From Sulfurospirillum sp. (GTDB taxonomy: Bacteria > Campylobacterota > Campylobacteria > Campylobacterales > Sulfurospirillaceae), in the NCBI GenBank assembly GCA_045047115.1, contig JASFYR010000022.1, positions 1 to 64,000 of the forward strand: 64,000 bases of DNA, read 5' to 3'. Each line of letters starts with the position of its first letter. Position 1 is the first letter of the stretch. The notes under the pieces are model-generated. The model was given only the letters and a program-made list of their open reading frames with translations, had not been told where the DNA came from and searched no databases. Positions 9,288 to 19,526 of the stretch are shown piece by piece. The translations under genes and the position numbers were made by a program.

Positions 9288-11014
9288 AGCTACTCGACTT
9301 TGATAAAAGAATATTAAATATACTCATTATTTTATTTTTGAGTTTTTTTACACTCTCTTGGACCTTTTTTATTTTTCATCAAACATTTGTTCTAAAAGCT
9401 TTTGTAGTGGTTGTGTTTGTGAGAATTATCGCATCTGCGCTTGTGTTTAAGGATTATTCACTCTCATGGTCAAAGGCGACACAAAAGACATTTTTGATTA
9501 AAAGTCTGGTAAATATTGTAGCTTTCTTGATTTATATGCCCCTATTCTATACCCGTATAACGGTTGCATTTTTTCTCTCCGAGCTATTTTTATATCTCTT
9601 TTTTATCAATTTTTTTATGTATCTATACTATCTTTATAAAAACAGAAGTTTGGTAGAAAAAGATAAAACTTTGGTCATATATGGTGCCGGAAAAGCAGGA
9701 TTAAAATTAGAAGAAGAGTATAGAAACTCCAAGTTTAAAGTTAGATATTTTATTGATGATGATAAAACCCTTCAAAAAAGAAGTATTGACGGTATCAGAA
9801 TAATATCTGCAGAAAAACTTATAAACAAAGTAGGTCTAAAGCTGGATCTGCTCATCATCGCGATACCATCAGCCAATCCTGTGCGTATCAAAGCCATATA
9901 CAACCAAATGCATAAGTACTTCAGCGATGTTAGAATTTTACCACCTTTGGAAGAGATTTTATCAAGCAAATCTTTTGTAAATCAGCTTAAAAATATAAGT
10001 GTTGAAGATCTATTGGCTCGCTATCCTCAGGATTTGGATAAAGAAGGGATTGGAAAATTTTTAAGAGATAAAAAAATACTTGTTACAGGAGCCGGAGGAA
10101 GTATAGGCAGTGAGATTTGCAGGCAGTGTTTGATATTTGGTGCCAAAGAGATTTTTTTGGTTGATCACAGTGAATTTAATCTATACTCAATCAGCGAAGA
10201 GTTAAATAGTGATAAGATAAAATCATATATGTTTAGCGTTCTAAATAAGGAGACGCTAGAAAAAACTATCTCTACATGTAGACCGGATATCGTTATCCAT
10301 GCTGCTGCTTATAAGCATGTACCATTAGTGGAAGAGAATGTAGAAGAGGGGATACGAAATAATATAATCGGTACAAAAAACACTATAGATATGGCTATAA
10401 AATATGGTGTAAAAAAGTGTATATTGATCTCCACTGACAAAGCGGTCCGGCCTACAAATGTTATGGGAGCAACAAAAAGAGTATGTGAGCTGTATGCCGG
10501 TAATGTTAACTCAAATACTACAGATGTAGTAGCTGTGCGATTTGGAAATGTACTCGGAAGCAGTGGTTCTGTTATACCAAAATTTAAAAAGCAGATTGAA
10601 AATGGCGGACCCATTACTGTTACCCATCCAGACATTACAAGATATTTTATGCTCATACCTGAAGCCTGTGAACTGGTGCTTCAGACCGGAGCTATCGCGA
10701 AGGGCGGTGAGATTTTTATCCTGGATATGGGAGAGCCTGTAAAGATAGTTGATTTGGCAAAAAAGATGATAGAACTTAGCGGCAAAAAGAGTATAGAGAT
10801 AGAATTTTCAGGCTTAAGAGCCGGAGAAAAACTATATGAAGAGTTGCTCATAGATGACAGCGATAAGAAGACAAAATATAGCTCCATAATGATCGCCAAA
10901 AGTACAAAATATGATATAGAAAAACTAAACAGAGATATAGATGAGCTTCTCGTCTGCGAAGATAAGATAAAAAAATTGCAGGAAATCGTTCCGGAATTTA
11001 GCCATAAATTGTAA
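9284..11014 (+). CDS. pglF: UDP-GlcNAc 4,6-dehydratase (PglF/WbpM/CapD family)
   Basis: N-terminal TMs; GAGGSIGSE, AAAYKHVP, STDKAV, MGATK, RFGNVLGSSGSV, GEKLYEEL. Confidence 0.9.
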   Translation: MKLLDFDKRILNILIILFLSFFTLSWTFFIFHQTFVLKAFVVVVFVRIIASALVFKDYSLSWSKATQKTFLIKSLVNIVAFLIYMPLFYTRITVAFFLSELFLYLFFINFFMYLYYLYKNRSLVEKDKTLVIYGAGKAGLKLEEEYRNSKFKVRYFIDDDKTLQKRSIDGIRIISAEKLINKVGLKLDLLIIAIPSANPVRIKAIYNQMHKYFSDVRILPPLEEILSSKSFVNQLKNISVEDLLARYPQDLDKEGIGKFLRDKKILVTGAGGSIGSEICRQCLIFGAKEIFLVDHSEFNLYSISEELNSDKIKSYMFSVLNKETLEKTISTCRPDIVIHAAAYKHVPLVEENVEEGIRNNIIGTKNTIDMAIKYGVKKCILISTDKAVRPTNVMGATKRVCELYAGNVNSNTTDVVAVRFGNVLGSSGSVIPKFKKQIENGGPITVTHPDITRYFMLIPEACELVLQTGAIAKGGEIFILDMGEPVKIVDLAKKMIELSGKKSIEIEFSGLRAGEKLYEELLIDDSDKKTKYSSIMIAKSTKYDIEKLNRDIDELLVCEDKIKKLQEIVPEFSHKL

Positions 11015-11023
11015 AAATATGGA

Positions 11024-11029
11024 TATAAT
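11024..11029 (+). promoter_or_regulatory. -10 box TATAAT 6 nt before the nadK ATG (probable leaderless transcript)
   Basis: GGATATAATAACCTTATG; no Shine-Dalgarno between the box and ATG. Confidence 0.55.
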
Positions 11030-11035
11030 AACCTT

Positions 11036-11911
11036 ATGAAAATAATAAATGAAAATGCAAAACTAACCTCTGTGAGATGCGCGGGACTTATCACTAAACC
11101 AGAAGATACTACTCTTGGAGAATTGTATTTTACTATCAAACAGACACTTTTGAAACATGGTGTTGAGTTACTGGTGGATGAAAACAGTGCAAAAAATTTA
11201 GAGTGCGAAGGAGTGCCTTTTGATTTGATGTGCACAAGGAGTGATTTCTTGATTTCACTAGGAGGTGATGGCACACTCATATCTTTGAGTCGTAGAAGTT
11301 TTTATTACAACAAGCCGATTTTGGGTATATATGCGGGACAATTAGGTTTTTTGACAGATATAAAATCAGAAAATATAGAGGATTTTCTAGGCAAATTTTT
11401 TAGTGGAAATTATAGGGTAGATGAGAGGATGATGCTTGAAATTTCCCTGCATGTAGAGAACACAATGGTAAAACTGGTGGCGTTTAATGATGCGGTTTTT
11501 GTCAGGGACAATATCACTACCATGTCAACTGTTGAAGCATTTGTGGATGGGCAAATGATAAACTCATACAGAGGAGATGGACTCATTGTTTCCACCCCTA
11601 CAGGTTCTACCGCATATAATATCTCAGCAGGTGGACCCGTGGTGTATCCACTTACCCAGGCTTTGATTCTTACTCCTATTTGTCCGCACTCACTTACTCA
11701 AAGACCATTGGTTTTACCGGTAGATTTTGAGATAGAGTTTAAAAGTGAAGATGATATACAGATAGTCATAGATGGTCAAGAGCGTTACAGGATGAGAGAT
11801 TTTGATAAGGTTACAGTGAAGATCGCAACCAGGAGTGCCAAACTCATACACTCATTGGAGAGAAACTATTTTGAAGTCTTAAAAACTAAGTTAAACTGGG
11901 GAAATTTGTGA
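11036..11911 (+). CDS. nadK: NAD kinase
   Basis: [29 protein letters not shown]. Confidence 0.96.
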   Translation: MKIINENAKLTSVRCAGLITKPEDTTLGELYFTIKQTLLKHGVELLVDENSAKNLECEGVPFDLMCTRSDFLISLGGDGTLISLSRRSFYYNKPILGIYAGQLGFLTDIKSENIEDFLGKFFSGNYRVDERMMLEISLHVENTMVKLVAFNDAVFVRDNITTMSTVEAFVDGQMINSYRGDGLIVSTPTGSTAYNISAGGPVVYPLTQALILTPICPHSLTQRPLVLPVDFEIEFKSEDDIQIVIDGQERYRMRDFDKVTVKIATRSAKLIHSLERNYFEVLKTKLNWGNL

Positions 11912-13434
11912 TAGAGAGACTCTGTTTAAAAGAGCATTTTTCATTTGGTAGTTGTGAGTTGAATTTCAAAGAGGGTTTGGTAGCATTTACAGGTCCCAGT
12001 GGAGCCGGAAAATCTGTACTCATGCAGGCTCTGTTGTCGCTTTTTGGTTATGGTGATGCCAGTGCTTCACTCATAGAGGCTAACATAGCAAAACATATGG
12101 ATATGGATGATTTTGGAGTACAGAGTGAAGAGGTAAATATTTTTAAACTTGTCAAATCCAAAACTTCAAGATACTTCATAAACTCGCAAAATATATCTAA
12201 AAAAAACATAAATGAGATCTCAAAAAAACTTATAAATTATCTCAGTGTCAAAGATAGTTCAGAATTTGATAATGAGAGACTCCTGGAGCTTGTAGACGCT
12301 ATAAGTTCTCAAAACAACCCTTTATATGTAGAGTTTTTGGAGTTGTTTAAAAAGAGTTATACGCAGTACAAAAAACTAGATGAAAAACTATCTGTTTTAT
12401 TGGAAAAAGAGAGAAAAATCGAAGAGTTAAAAGATTTTGCAAGATTTGAGATAGCACGGATAGAAGAGGTCAGTCCAAAGATCGGTGAAGATGAAGAGTT
12501 GCAGATACAGAAGAAGATACTTTCTAAAAAAGAGAAGATAGGAACTGCACTAGAGACTGCAATGCAAATCTTTAGAGCTGAATCAAGTGTTATTGAGGCT
12601 TTAAATCTTATGGATGAAGAGAGTTCTTTTTTTGATGAATGCATGAATGAACTAAGAGCAAAATTTGAAATACAACAAGCCAGACTTGATGAGCTTGAAG
12701 ATATAGATGTAGAGAGTCTGCTAGAGAGGATAGAGAAGATAGCCGGACTTAAAAAAAGATATGGAGATATTGAGGAGATATTGCTATATAAGCAGAAGAA
12801 AATCTCTGAGTTAAAAGAGTATGAAAATATAACATTTACTAAAGATGAGCTGGAAAAGAGTTATATAAAAGTAAAAGCAGAAACTCAAGAGTTGGCAAAT
12901 AAAATCTCAAAGATAAGAATTCAAAATCTTTCAAATATGAACAATTACATAAACAGCTACCTAAAAGAGCTTTATATGCCTGATGTAAAACTATATATAG
13001 TACAAAAAGATTTAGATGAGTTTGGCTTAGACAAGATAGAGGTAAATTTAGGATCAGTTGAGCTTAAAAAGATAAGTTCAGGTGAATACAATCGCTTAAG
13101 ACTTGCATTTTTAGCTACGAGACAGGAGTATCTGCAGAGTGACGGAGGAGTTTTGATACTCGATGAGATCGACTCAAATCTAAGTGGAAAAGAGTCTATG
13201 AGCGTGGCAAATGTGCTTTTGAAACTTTCAAAAAAGTACCAAATATTTGCCATATCCCACCAGCCTCAACTCTCTTCCCGTGCCGATATGCACTTTTTGG
13301 TAGAGAAGAATGGAGATAAGAGTAGTGTTAGAGTTTTAAACCAAAAACAGAGAATTGAGGAGCTAGCAAGGATGGTAAGTGGCGAAGAGATACATGATAA
13401 AGCGATAGAGTTTGCAAAATCACTGATGGAGTAA
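11908..13434 (+). CDS. recN: DNA repair protein RecN
   Basis: GPSGAGKS, coiled coil, [20 protein letters not shown]; follows nadK. Confidence 0.92.
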   Translation: MIERLCLKEHFSFGSCELNFKEGLVAFTGPSGAGKSVLMQALLSLFGYGDASASLIEANIAKHMDMDDFGVQSEEVNIFKLVKSKTSRYFINSQNISKKNINEISKKLINYLSVKDSSEFDNERLLELVDAISSQNNPLYVEFLELFKKSYTQYKKLDEKLSVLLEKERKIEELKDFARFEIARIEEVSPKIGEDEELQIQKKILSKKEKIGTALETAMQIFRAESSVIEALNLMDEESSFFDECMNELRAKFEIQQARLDELEDIDVESLLERIEKIAGLKKRYGDIEEILLYKQKKISELKEYENITFTKDELEKSYIKVKAETQELANKISKIRIQNLSNMNNYINSYLKELYMPDVKLYIVQKDLDEFGLDKIEVNLGSVELKKISSGEYNRLRLAFLATRQEYLQSDGGVLILDEIDSNLSGKESMSVANVLLKLSKKYQIFAISHQPQLSSRADMHFLVEKNGDKSSVRVLNQKQRIEELARMVSGEEIHDKAIEFAKSLME

Positions 13435-13435
13435 T

Positions 13436-14674
13436 ATGGTGCAAGAAAGAATATTGATTATAGAGGACAATAAGGCACTGTCTAAAATAATAGCAAAAAA
13501 GATGGAGAAGAATTTAGATTTTGAGATAGTGCAGGCTTATACATTTGAGGAAGCAAAAAAGATCATAGAAGAAAATGATGACTTTTTTGTCGCTCTTTGC
13601 GATTTGAATCTTCCTGATGCTCCAAATGGTGAAATTGTGGACTTTGTTCTCTCCTGCGGTTTGCCGACCATCGTCTTGACAGGAAGTATGGATGATGAGT
13701 TGAGAATCGAGATACTCTCTAAAAATATAGTCGATTATGTTTATAAAGGAAATATCGAAGATGTAAATTATATATTTTCCCTGATAAAGAGACTCTCAAA
13801 AAACAGAGATATAAAAGTTTTGGCAGTTGATGATTCTATTGTGGTTAGAAACGAGCTCAAAAGAGTCATGCAGAGTCAAATGTTCAAAACTCTTATAGCA
13901 GCGCATGGTGAAGAGGCTTTGAATTATCTTAAAGATAACCAAGATATCAGTCTTGTGCTTACAGATTTCAATATGCCTGTGATAGATGGGGTGGAGCTAA
14001 CGAAACAGATACGAGAAAAATACGACAAAGAAAAGATGATTATAATAGCGATGACAGGAAACAGTGATCATCTTATATCTGCAAAATTTTTAAAAATCGG
14101 AGCCAATGATTTTATAAATAAACCATTTAGCAAAGAGGAGCTGGTTTGCAGAATCAACAATACACTTGATACAAAAGAGCATCTCGAAAGGATGAGCGAT
14201 ATGGCTCATAAGGATTTTTTGACAAAAGCATACAATAGAAGATACTTTTTTCAAGAGATACAAAATTTCTATAAAGAACAAATCTCCTTTGCCGTCGCTA
14301 TGATTGATATAGATAATTTCAAGAAAATCAATGACCTTTACGGACATGATGTTGGAGATAGTATTATAGTAAGTTTAGCAAACATACTTAGAAAAAACAC
14401 TAAAGGAGCTGATCTTGTGGCAAGATTTGGAGGAGAGGAGTTTTGTATCGCTCTAAGAGATGTTGGTAAGAAGCAGGCCGTCGGATTTTTTGCAAAGCTT
14501 AGAAAAAATATAGCAGACCAATATCTGACAATAGAAAATAAAAATATAAATTTTACGGTCTCGATTGGTGTTAGTTTCAGTGATGGCAGTGATATAAAAA
14601 AGTTGATAAGCAGGGCTGATGATGCATTGTATAGAGCTAAAGAGAGCGGAAGAAATAGAGTGGAGATAGCATGA
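13436..14674 (+). CDS. Response regulator diguanylate cyclase (REC-REC-GGDEF, CbrR-like position)
   Basis: Two receiver domains (DLNLPD; DFNMP), DIDNFK..ND.YGH, intact GGEEF. Confidence 0.9.
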   Translation: MVQERILIIEDNKALSKIIAKKMEKNLDFEIVQAYTFEEAKKIIEENDDFFVALCDLNLPDAPNGEIVDFVLSCGLPTIVLTGSMDDELRIEILSKNIVDYVYKGNIEDVNYIFSLIKRLSKNRDIKVLAVDDSIVVRNELKRVMQSQMFKTLIAAHGEEALNYLKDNQDISLVLTDFNMPVIDGVELTKQIREKYDKEKMIIIAMTGNSDHLISAKFLKIGANDFINKPFSKEELVCRINNTLDTKEHLERMSDMAHKDFLTKAYNRRYFFQEIQNFYKEQISFAVAMIDIDNFKKINDLYGHDVGDSIIVSLANILRKNTKGADLVARFGGEEFCIALRDVGKKQAVGFFAKLRKNIADQYLTIENKNINFTVSIGVSFSDGSDIKKLISRADDALYRAKESGRNRVEIA

Positions 14675-15459
14675 TTATAGATACACATACACATTTGGAT
14701 GATAAAAGTTATATAGATGATTTGGATGAGGTTATAAAAAGGGCAAATGACGGAGGAGTTAAAGCATTTTTGATACCCGGAGCCGATATAGATGATTTGC
14801 CAAGAGCAAAAGAGATAGCATACAAGTATCCAAATACTTACTTTGCTGCAGGTGTACACCCTTATCATATGGACCAATATAATGAAGATACTTTGAAAAT
14901 ATATCTGAATGATGAGAGATGTATAGCAGTTGGAGAGTGCGGGCTTGATTATTTTAGGCTTCCCGAAGATAAGCAGGAACGAGAAGATGTGAAAAAGAGA
15001 CAAAAAGAGATATTTGCAAAACATATCAAACTTGCCATTGGGGCAAACAAGCCTCTTATCATACATATCAGAGATGCAAATGAGGACAGTAAGAGAGTAA
15101 TGCTTGAAAATGATGCCTGTAAAGTTGGTGGAGTATTGCACTGTTACAATGCCTCAAAACATCTTTTGGATTTGAGTGAATCAGGTTTTTATTTTGGAAT
15201 AGGCGGGGTTTTAACATTTAAAAATGCAAAAAAACTAGTTGAGATTTTGCCCAGCATTCCAAAAGAGAGGATAATTATAGAGACAGATTCACCATATCTT
15301 ACTCCTCACCCTCATCGTGGCGAGAGAAATGAGCCGTTTTACACAACACTGGTAGTAAAAAAAGTAGCCCAGATTTTAGATATGAGTGAAAAAGATGTGG
15401 AGACCTTGACTTCTAATAATGCAAAAAATCTTTTTAATGCTTTAAAAAGCGTAAATTAG
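14671..15459 (+). CDS. tatD: TatD family DNase
   Basis: DTHTH, GVHP, GECGLDY, ETDSPY. Confidence 0.93.
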   Translation: MIIDTHTHLDDKSYIDDLDEVIKRANDGGVKAFLIPGADIDDLPRAKEIAYKYPNTYFAAGVHPYHMDQYNEDTLKIYLNDERCIAVGECGLDYFRLPEDKQEREDVKKRQKEIFAKHIKLAIGANKPLIIHIRDANEDSKRVMLENDACKVGGVLHCYNASKHLLDLSESGFYFGIGGVLTFKNAKKLVEILPSIPKERIIIETDSPYLTPHPHRGERNEPFYTTLVVKKVAQILDMSEKDVETLTSNNAKNLFNALKSVN

Positions 15460-15493
15460 ATAAAATAGTAGCTATTTTTAATAAAGGAGCACA

Positions 15494-16708
15494 ATGCTCA
15501 AATATATGTTAATTTTAATTCTCTTTTTTCAAAGCAGCTATGCTTTTTTGGTAACACAAAATAATTATGAACAACAGGCCTTGGTACTTAAAAGTTTCGA
15601 TATTGCTCCAAGCTTCTTAAAAGACGAAAAATTTATGTCTATGAAAGAAAATGTGGACAGATATAGAACCAGACATTTTTTGAAAGTTTTGGAAAATGGT
15701 AATAGGTTCGTCCCATATTTGAGAAAACTTATCAGCGAATCTGGCATACCGGAAGCATTTTTATATATGGCTATGGCAGAATCAAATTTTACACCAGATG
15801 CTTACTCAAAAGCACGAGCTTCGGGTATGTGGCAATTTATGCCCTATACCGCAAAAAAATTCGGTTTGAAAATTAACTCCTATATTGATGAGAGAAGAGA
15901 TCCTATCAAATCAACTGTTGCAGCTATCAAATACCTCAAATACCTTCATGGTATATTTGGAAAATGGTATTTGGCTGCTGTGGCTTATAATTGCGGTGAA
16001 GGAAGAGTAAAAAAAGCCATCAGAAGAGCCAAGAGTGACGACCTTAGTATATTGTTAAATACTAGAAAAAGGTATCTTCCAAGAGAAACAAGGCTCTATA
16101 TAAGAAAAATCATAATGATGCAAAGTATGGCAAACAGTTCTGATTTTATTTTGGAAAATAATTCTGATTATCTGCTAAATCAAGGTTCAGCTGAAACTTT
16201 TTCCAAGGTTACTGTCAAAGAAGGAACATCCCTGAACTCTATAGCTTCAAGTATAGGACTATCCGCAAAGAAGCTAAAGGCATTTAATCCACAATTAAGA
16301 TACTACTTTGTGCCTCCAAAAAAAGGTAAATATACTGTATATATTCCCTATGGCAAGCAGGCCGATTTTATACAAAATTTTAAGCCTGGAAAATCAAATA
16401 GTAGATTTTATATTTATACTGTAAAGAGAGGAGATTCTCTTTATAAGATTAGCAGAAGATATGGAATCAGGTACAGAGTTATTAAGGATTTTAATCATCT
16501 TCGATCAAATATATTGAGTCTTAGACAATCTTTAATAATACCGGTTTTAAAACCAACTACTATAAGCTATATTATAAAAAAAGGTGACACTATAGGTCAA
16601 ATATCGAAAAAATTCAAAGTAGCTATAAATGATATAATGAGACTAAACCATAAGAAAAACTCTATGGTTAGAATTGGTGAAAAGATTGTTATACCTCAAG
16701 TCAATTAA
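15494..16708 (+). CDS. mltD: Lytic murein transglycosylase with LysM domains (MltD-like)
   Basis: AES catalytic Glu, GMWQFM, AYNCG, LysM repeats (YTVKRGDSL, YIIKKGDTI); signal peptide. Confidence 0.88.
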   Translation: MLKYMLILILFFQSSYAFLVTQNNYEQQALVLKSFDIAPSFLKDEKFMSMKENVDRYRTRHFLKVLENGNRFVPYLRKLISESGIPEAFLYMAMAESNFTPDAYSKARASGMWQFMPYTAKKFGLKINSYIDERRDPIKSTVAAIKYLKYLHGIFGKWYLAAVAYNCGEGRVKKAIRRAKSDDLSILLNTRKRYLPRETRLYIRKIIMMQSMANSSDFILENNSDYLLNQGSAETFSKVTVKEGTSLNSIASSIGLSAKKLKAFNPQLRYYFVPPKKGKYTVYIPYGKQADFIQNFKPGKSNSRFYIYTVKRGDSLYKISRRYGIRYRVIKDFNHLRSNILSLRQSLIIPVLKPTTISYIIKKGDTIGQISKKFKVAINDIMRLNHKKNSMVRIGEKIVIPQVN

Positions 16709-17474
16709 ATTTTTATTTATACTTTTAGTATCTGTTTTTTTCTTTGGATGCAGCAGTAGAAGTGTAAGTCCGTATCAAAACTATCAAAGGAGTAATTATT
16801 TACCAAAAACAGGTAAAATGAATAACTCAGACAATATGCACAGAGCTACAATGAGACCATATAGGGTTGGCGGAAAGATTTACTATCCGACAACAGTCAG
16901 TGTGGGAGACACATTCAGCGGGGTGGCTAGTTGGTATGGTAGAGATTTTCACGGTAAAAAAACCTCAAACGGTGAATACTACAATATGTACGATATGACA
17001 GCTGCAAGCAAGACGCTGCCTATGAATACTATGCTCAAAGTGACAAATTTGAATAATTTCAAAAGTACGGTTGTGCGGATAAATGACAGAGGTCCGTTTG
17101 TAAAAACAAGAATCATAGATCTTTCATATGCGGCTGCCTCGAGATTGGGTGTTGTGGCACGGGGTACTGCTCCTGTGAGATTGGAAGTTATAGGTTTTGG
17201 TGGTGTGATAAATCGCAACAAAACAAAAATTCAAAGTGTCAGTGTTAGTAATTATCTGGTTCAAATTGGTGCATTCAGAAGAGAGAGTGGCGCAAATATA
17301 TATGCGAAAAGATATGCGAATGTTCAAGGAAGATACAAAGCAGTTGTTAAAAAATATATGTTAGATGGCTACCCTATTTACAGAGTTTATCTAAATGGGT
17401 TTAGAAGTGAAAATGAAGCAAGAGACTTCATAGCAAAAGGAATGTTCAACGGAGCATTTATAGTTGGAAACTAA
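16674..17474 (+). CDS. rlpA: Septal lytic transglycosylase RlpA lipoprotein (DPBB + SPOR); exact start uncertain
   Basis: Lipobox FFGC, ASWYG, TAASKTLP, INDRGP, IDLS, C-terminal VQIGAF. Confidence 0.92.
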   Translation: MVKRLLYLKSIKFLFILLVSVFFFGCSSRSVSPYQNYQRSNYLPKTGKMNNSDNMHRATMRPYRVGGKIYYPTTVSVGDTFSGVASWYGRDFHGKKTSNGEYYNMYDMTAASKTLPMNTMLKVTNLNNFKSTVVRINDRGPFVKTRIIDLSYAAASRLGVVARGTAPVRLEVIGFGGVINRNKTKIQSVSVSNYLVQIGAFRRESGANIYAKRYANVQGRYKAVVKKYMLDGYPIYRVYLNGFRSENEARDFIAKGMFNGAFIVGN

Positions 17475-17486
17475 AGAGGTGAGACC

Positions 17487-18062
17487 ATGACAAAAGAGTT
17501 AAAAAGAGTAACTAAAGAGACAGATATAAGTATCAAGGCAAATCTACAAGGCAGTGGAGTATCAAAAATAGATACTGGAATCGGTTTTTTTAACCATATG
17601 CTGGAGGCATTTTCAAAGCACTCTTTTATAGATTTGCAGATTACATGTAGAGGTGATTTGCATGTTGATTATCACCACAGTGTAGAAGATGTTGGTATAG
17701 TTTTAGGTCAAATTTTAAAAGATTTGATATATCCTTTGGAAAATGTTGAGAGATTTGCAAATACTGTAGTTGTCATGGATGAAGCAGCAGTAGAGTGTGA
17801 TATGGATTTGAGCAATCGAGCTTATCTTGTATATGAAGTAGCTGCGGATGGAAAGATTGGCAGTTTTGATGTAGAACTTTGTGAAGAGTTTTTTAGAGCA
17901 GTTGTGGTAAATGCCGGCATTAGTATGCACTTGGTAAAAAGACGAGGGAAAAACAGACACCATATAGCAGAAGCTGCTTTCAAAGCATTTGCTCTAAGTT
18001 TGAGAAGAGCTTTGAGTAAAAATGATAGAGCAGGAACACCCAGCACAAAAGGAGTGTTATGA
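17487..18062 (+). CDS. hisB: Imidazoleglycerol-phosphate dehydratase
   Basis: TGIGFFNHML, HHSVED, NRHHIAEA, PSTKG. Confidence 0.96.
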   Translation: MTKELKRVTKETDISIKANLQGSGVSKIDTGIGFFNHMLEAFSKHSFIDLQITCRGDLHVDYHHSVEDVGIVLGQILKDLIYPLENVERFANTVVVMDEAAVECDMDLSNRAYLVYEVAADGKIGSFDVELCEEFFRAVVVNAGISMHLVKRRGKNRHHIAEAAFKAFALSLRRALSKNDRAGTPSTKGVL

Positions 18063-18553
18063 TAAAGCTCCTGGTCTTTGATGTTGACGGATGCATGACA
18101 AACGGCTCCATAACTTACTCAAATGATGGAAACGAGTACAAGAGTTTCAATGTAAAAGATGGCTTGGCTATAGCTTCGTGGATCAAAATGGGGCAAAAGT
18201 GTGCTATTATCACTGGAAGAAGCTCAAAAATTGTTGAAAAAAGAGCAAAAGAGCTTGGTATTAACTATCTTTTTCAGGGAGTCAAAAATAAAATAGACAG
18301 ACTAAATAAAATTCTTGTGGATGAAAAGATTACTTATAAAAATGTTGCTGTTATAGGCGATGATTTAAATGATTATGATATGCTTAAATCTGCTGCCTGG
18401 TCATTTGCACCACAAGACGGAAGTGCTTTTGTGCGAGAGATTGTAGATACGATTTTGGATGCAAAAGGTGGTGAAGGAGCCATTAGGGAAATGATAGAGA
18501 AAATTTTGAAAAAAGAGGATAGAGTAGAGGAGTTATTAAAGCTTTGGCTGTAA
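18059..18553 (+). CDS. kdsC: KDO 8-phosphate phosphatase (HAD)
   Basis: DVDGC, FNVKDG, ITGR, GDDLND, GGEGAIRE. Confidence 0.93.
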   Translation: MIKLLVFDVDGCMTNGSITYSNDGNEYKSFNVKDGLAIASWIKMGQKCAIITGRSSKIVEKRAKELGINYLFQGVKNKIDRLNKILVDEKITYKNVAVIGDDLNDYDMLKSAAWSFAPQDGSAFVREIVDTILDAKGGEGAIREMIEKILKKEDRVEELLKLWL

Positions 18554-19065
18554 GATTACTTAAATATTTTCTGCTTTTTTTTGTGTTGATTATGATTTTT
18601 TTGTTGACTAAAAATCCATACTATTTAGAGTATAATTCCAGTGGGGCCAACAGACCGGAAATTGAGATATTTAATATGAGAAATTATGATATTTCGCAAG
18701 ATGGCGTAACTAGCATTGTATTTGCAAAAAAAGTTGAAAAATATAAAAGTTATGACAAGATGTATAGTGTTGAGGCACTTCATGAGGGAAAATTAAAATT
18801 AATAGACTCTTTGATTGCAGATAAGGGATTGTTTACCAAAAATATATTGTATCTCGATGACAATGTTAAATACACAAGAAGTGATGATTTGGCTTTAAAT
18901 ACCAACAGTATAAAATATGACATCAAAAAAAAGATACTAAGCAGCAATATCCCATTTGAGTTTATCAAGAAAAATGCAACAACACATGGAAGCTCATTTA
19001 CCTATGATATGCAAAAAGGTATAATAAGAGCCAAAGATATAAAAACAGTTATAAGGATGGATTAA
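18544..19065 (+). CDS. lptC: LPS export protein LptC-like
   Basis: N-terminal TM plus beta-rich domain; kdsC-lptC-lptA order. Confidence 0.7.
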   Translation: MAVRLLKYFLLFFVLIMIFLLTKNPYYLEYNSSGANRPEIEIFNMRNYDISQDGVTSIVFAKKVEKYKSYDKMYSVEALHEGKLKLIDSLIADKGLFTKNILYLDDNVKYTRSDDLALNTNSIKYDIKKKILSSNIPFEFIKKNATTHGSSFTYDMQKGIIRAKDIKTVIRMD

Positions 19066-19067
19066 AA

Positions 19068-19526
19068 GTGAAGTATTTGATATTTTTATTTATTTGTGCA
19101 AGATTATTTGCCGGTGAAGTAGAGATTACTGCAGATAAATTTATGGCCGATGAGGCAAAGGGGATCTCAATATTTACGGGCAAAGTCCATGTAACAAGAG
19201 GCAAAGATGATCTCAAAGCTGATAAAGTAGTCATAAAATTTGATAAGAAAAAACAGCCTACTTTATACACTGCAACAGGGCATGCACAAGCAAAATTAAA
19301 GATAAAGGGCAAGAGCTATCTTGCAAAAGGAGAGACTCTCATATATGATCCACTGACTCTTAAGTATACGATAGAAAAAAATGCATTTTTGCAAGAATTA
19401 AATACAGATAAAAAAGTATATGGGCAGAAGATTTGGGTTGACCAGGCAAGAGGATATTATGAAGTTGATGGAAAGAAAGACAAGCCAGTAAAATTTATAT
19501 TTAAATTAGAGGATAAGAAAAAGTGA
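19068..19526 (+). CDS. lptA: LPS transport periplasmic protein LptA
   Basis: Signal peptide, ITAD...FTGKV...LKAD OstA-like pattern. Confidence 0.85.
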   Translation: MKYLIFLFICARLFAGEVEITADKFMADEAKGISIFTGKVHVTRGKDDLKADKVVIKFDKKKQPTLYTATGHAQAKLKIKGKSYLAKGETLIYDPLTLKYTIEKNAFLQELNTDKKVYGQKIWVDQARGYYEVDGKKDKPVKFIFKLEDKKK

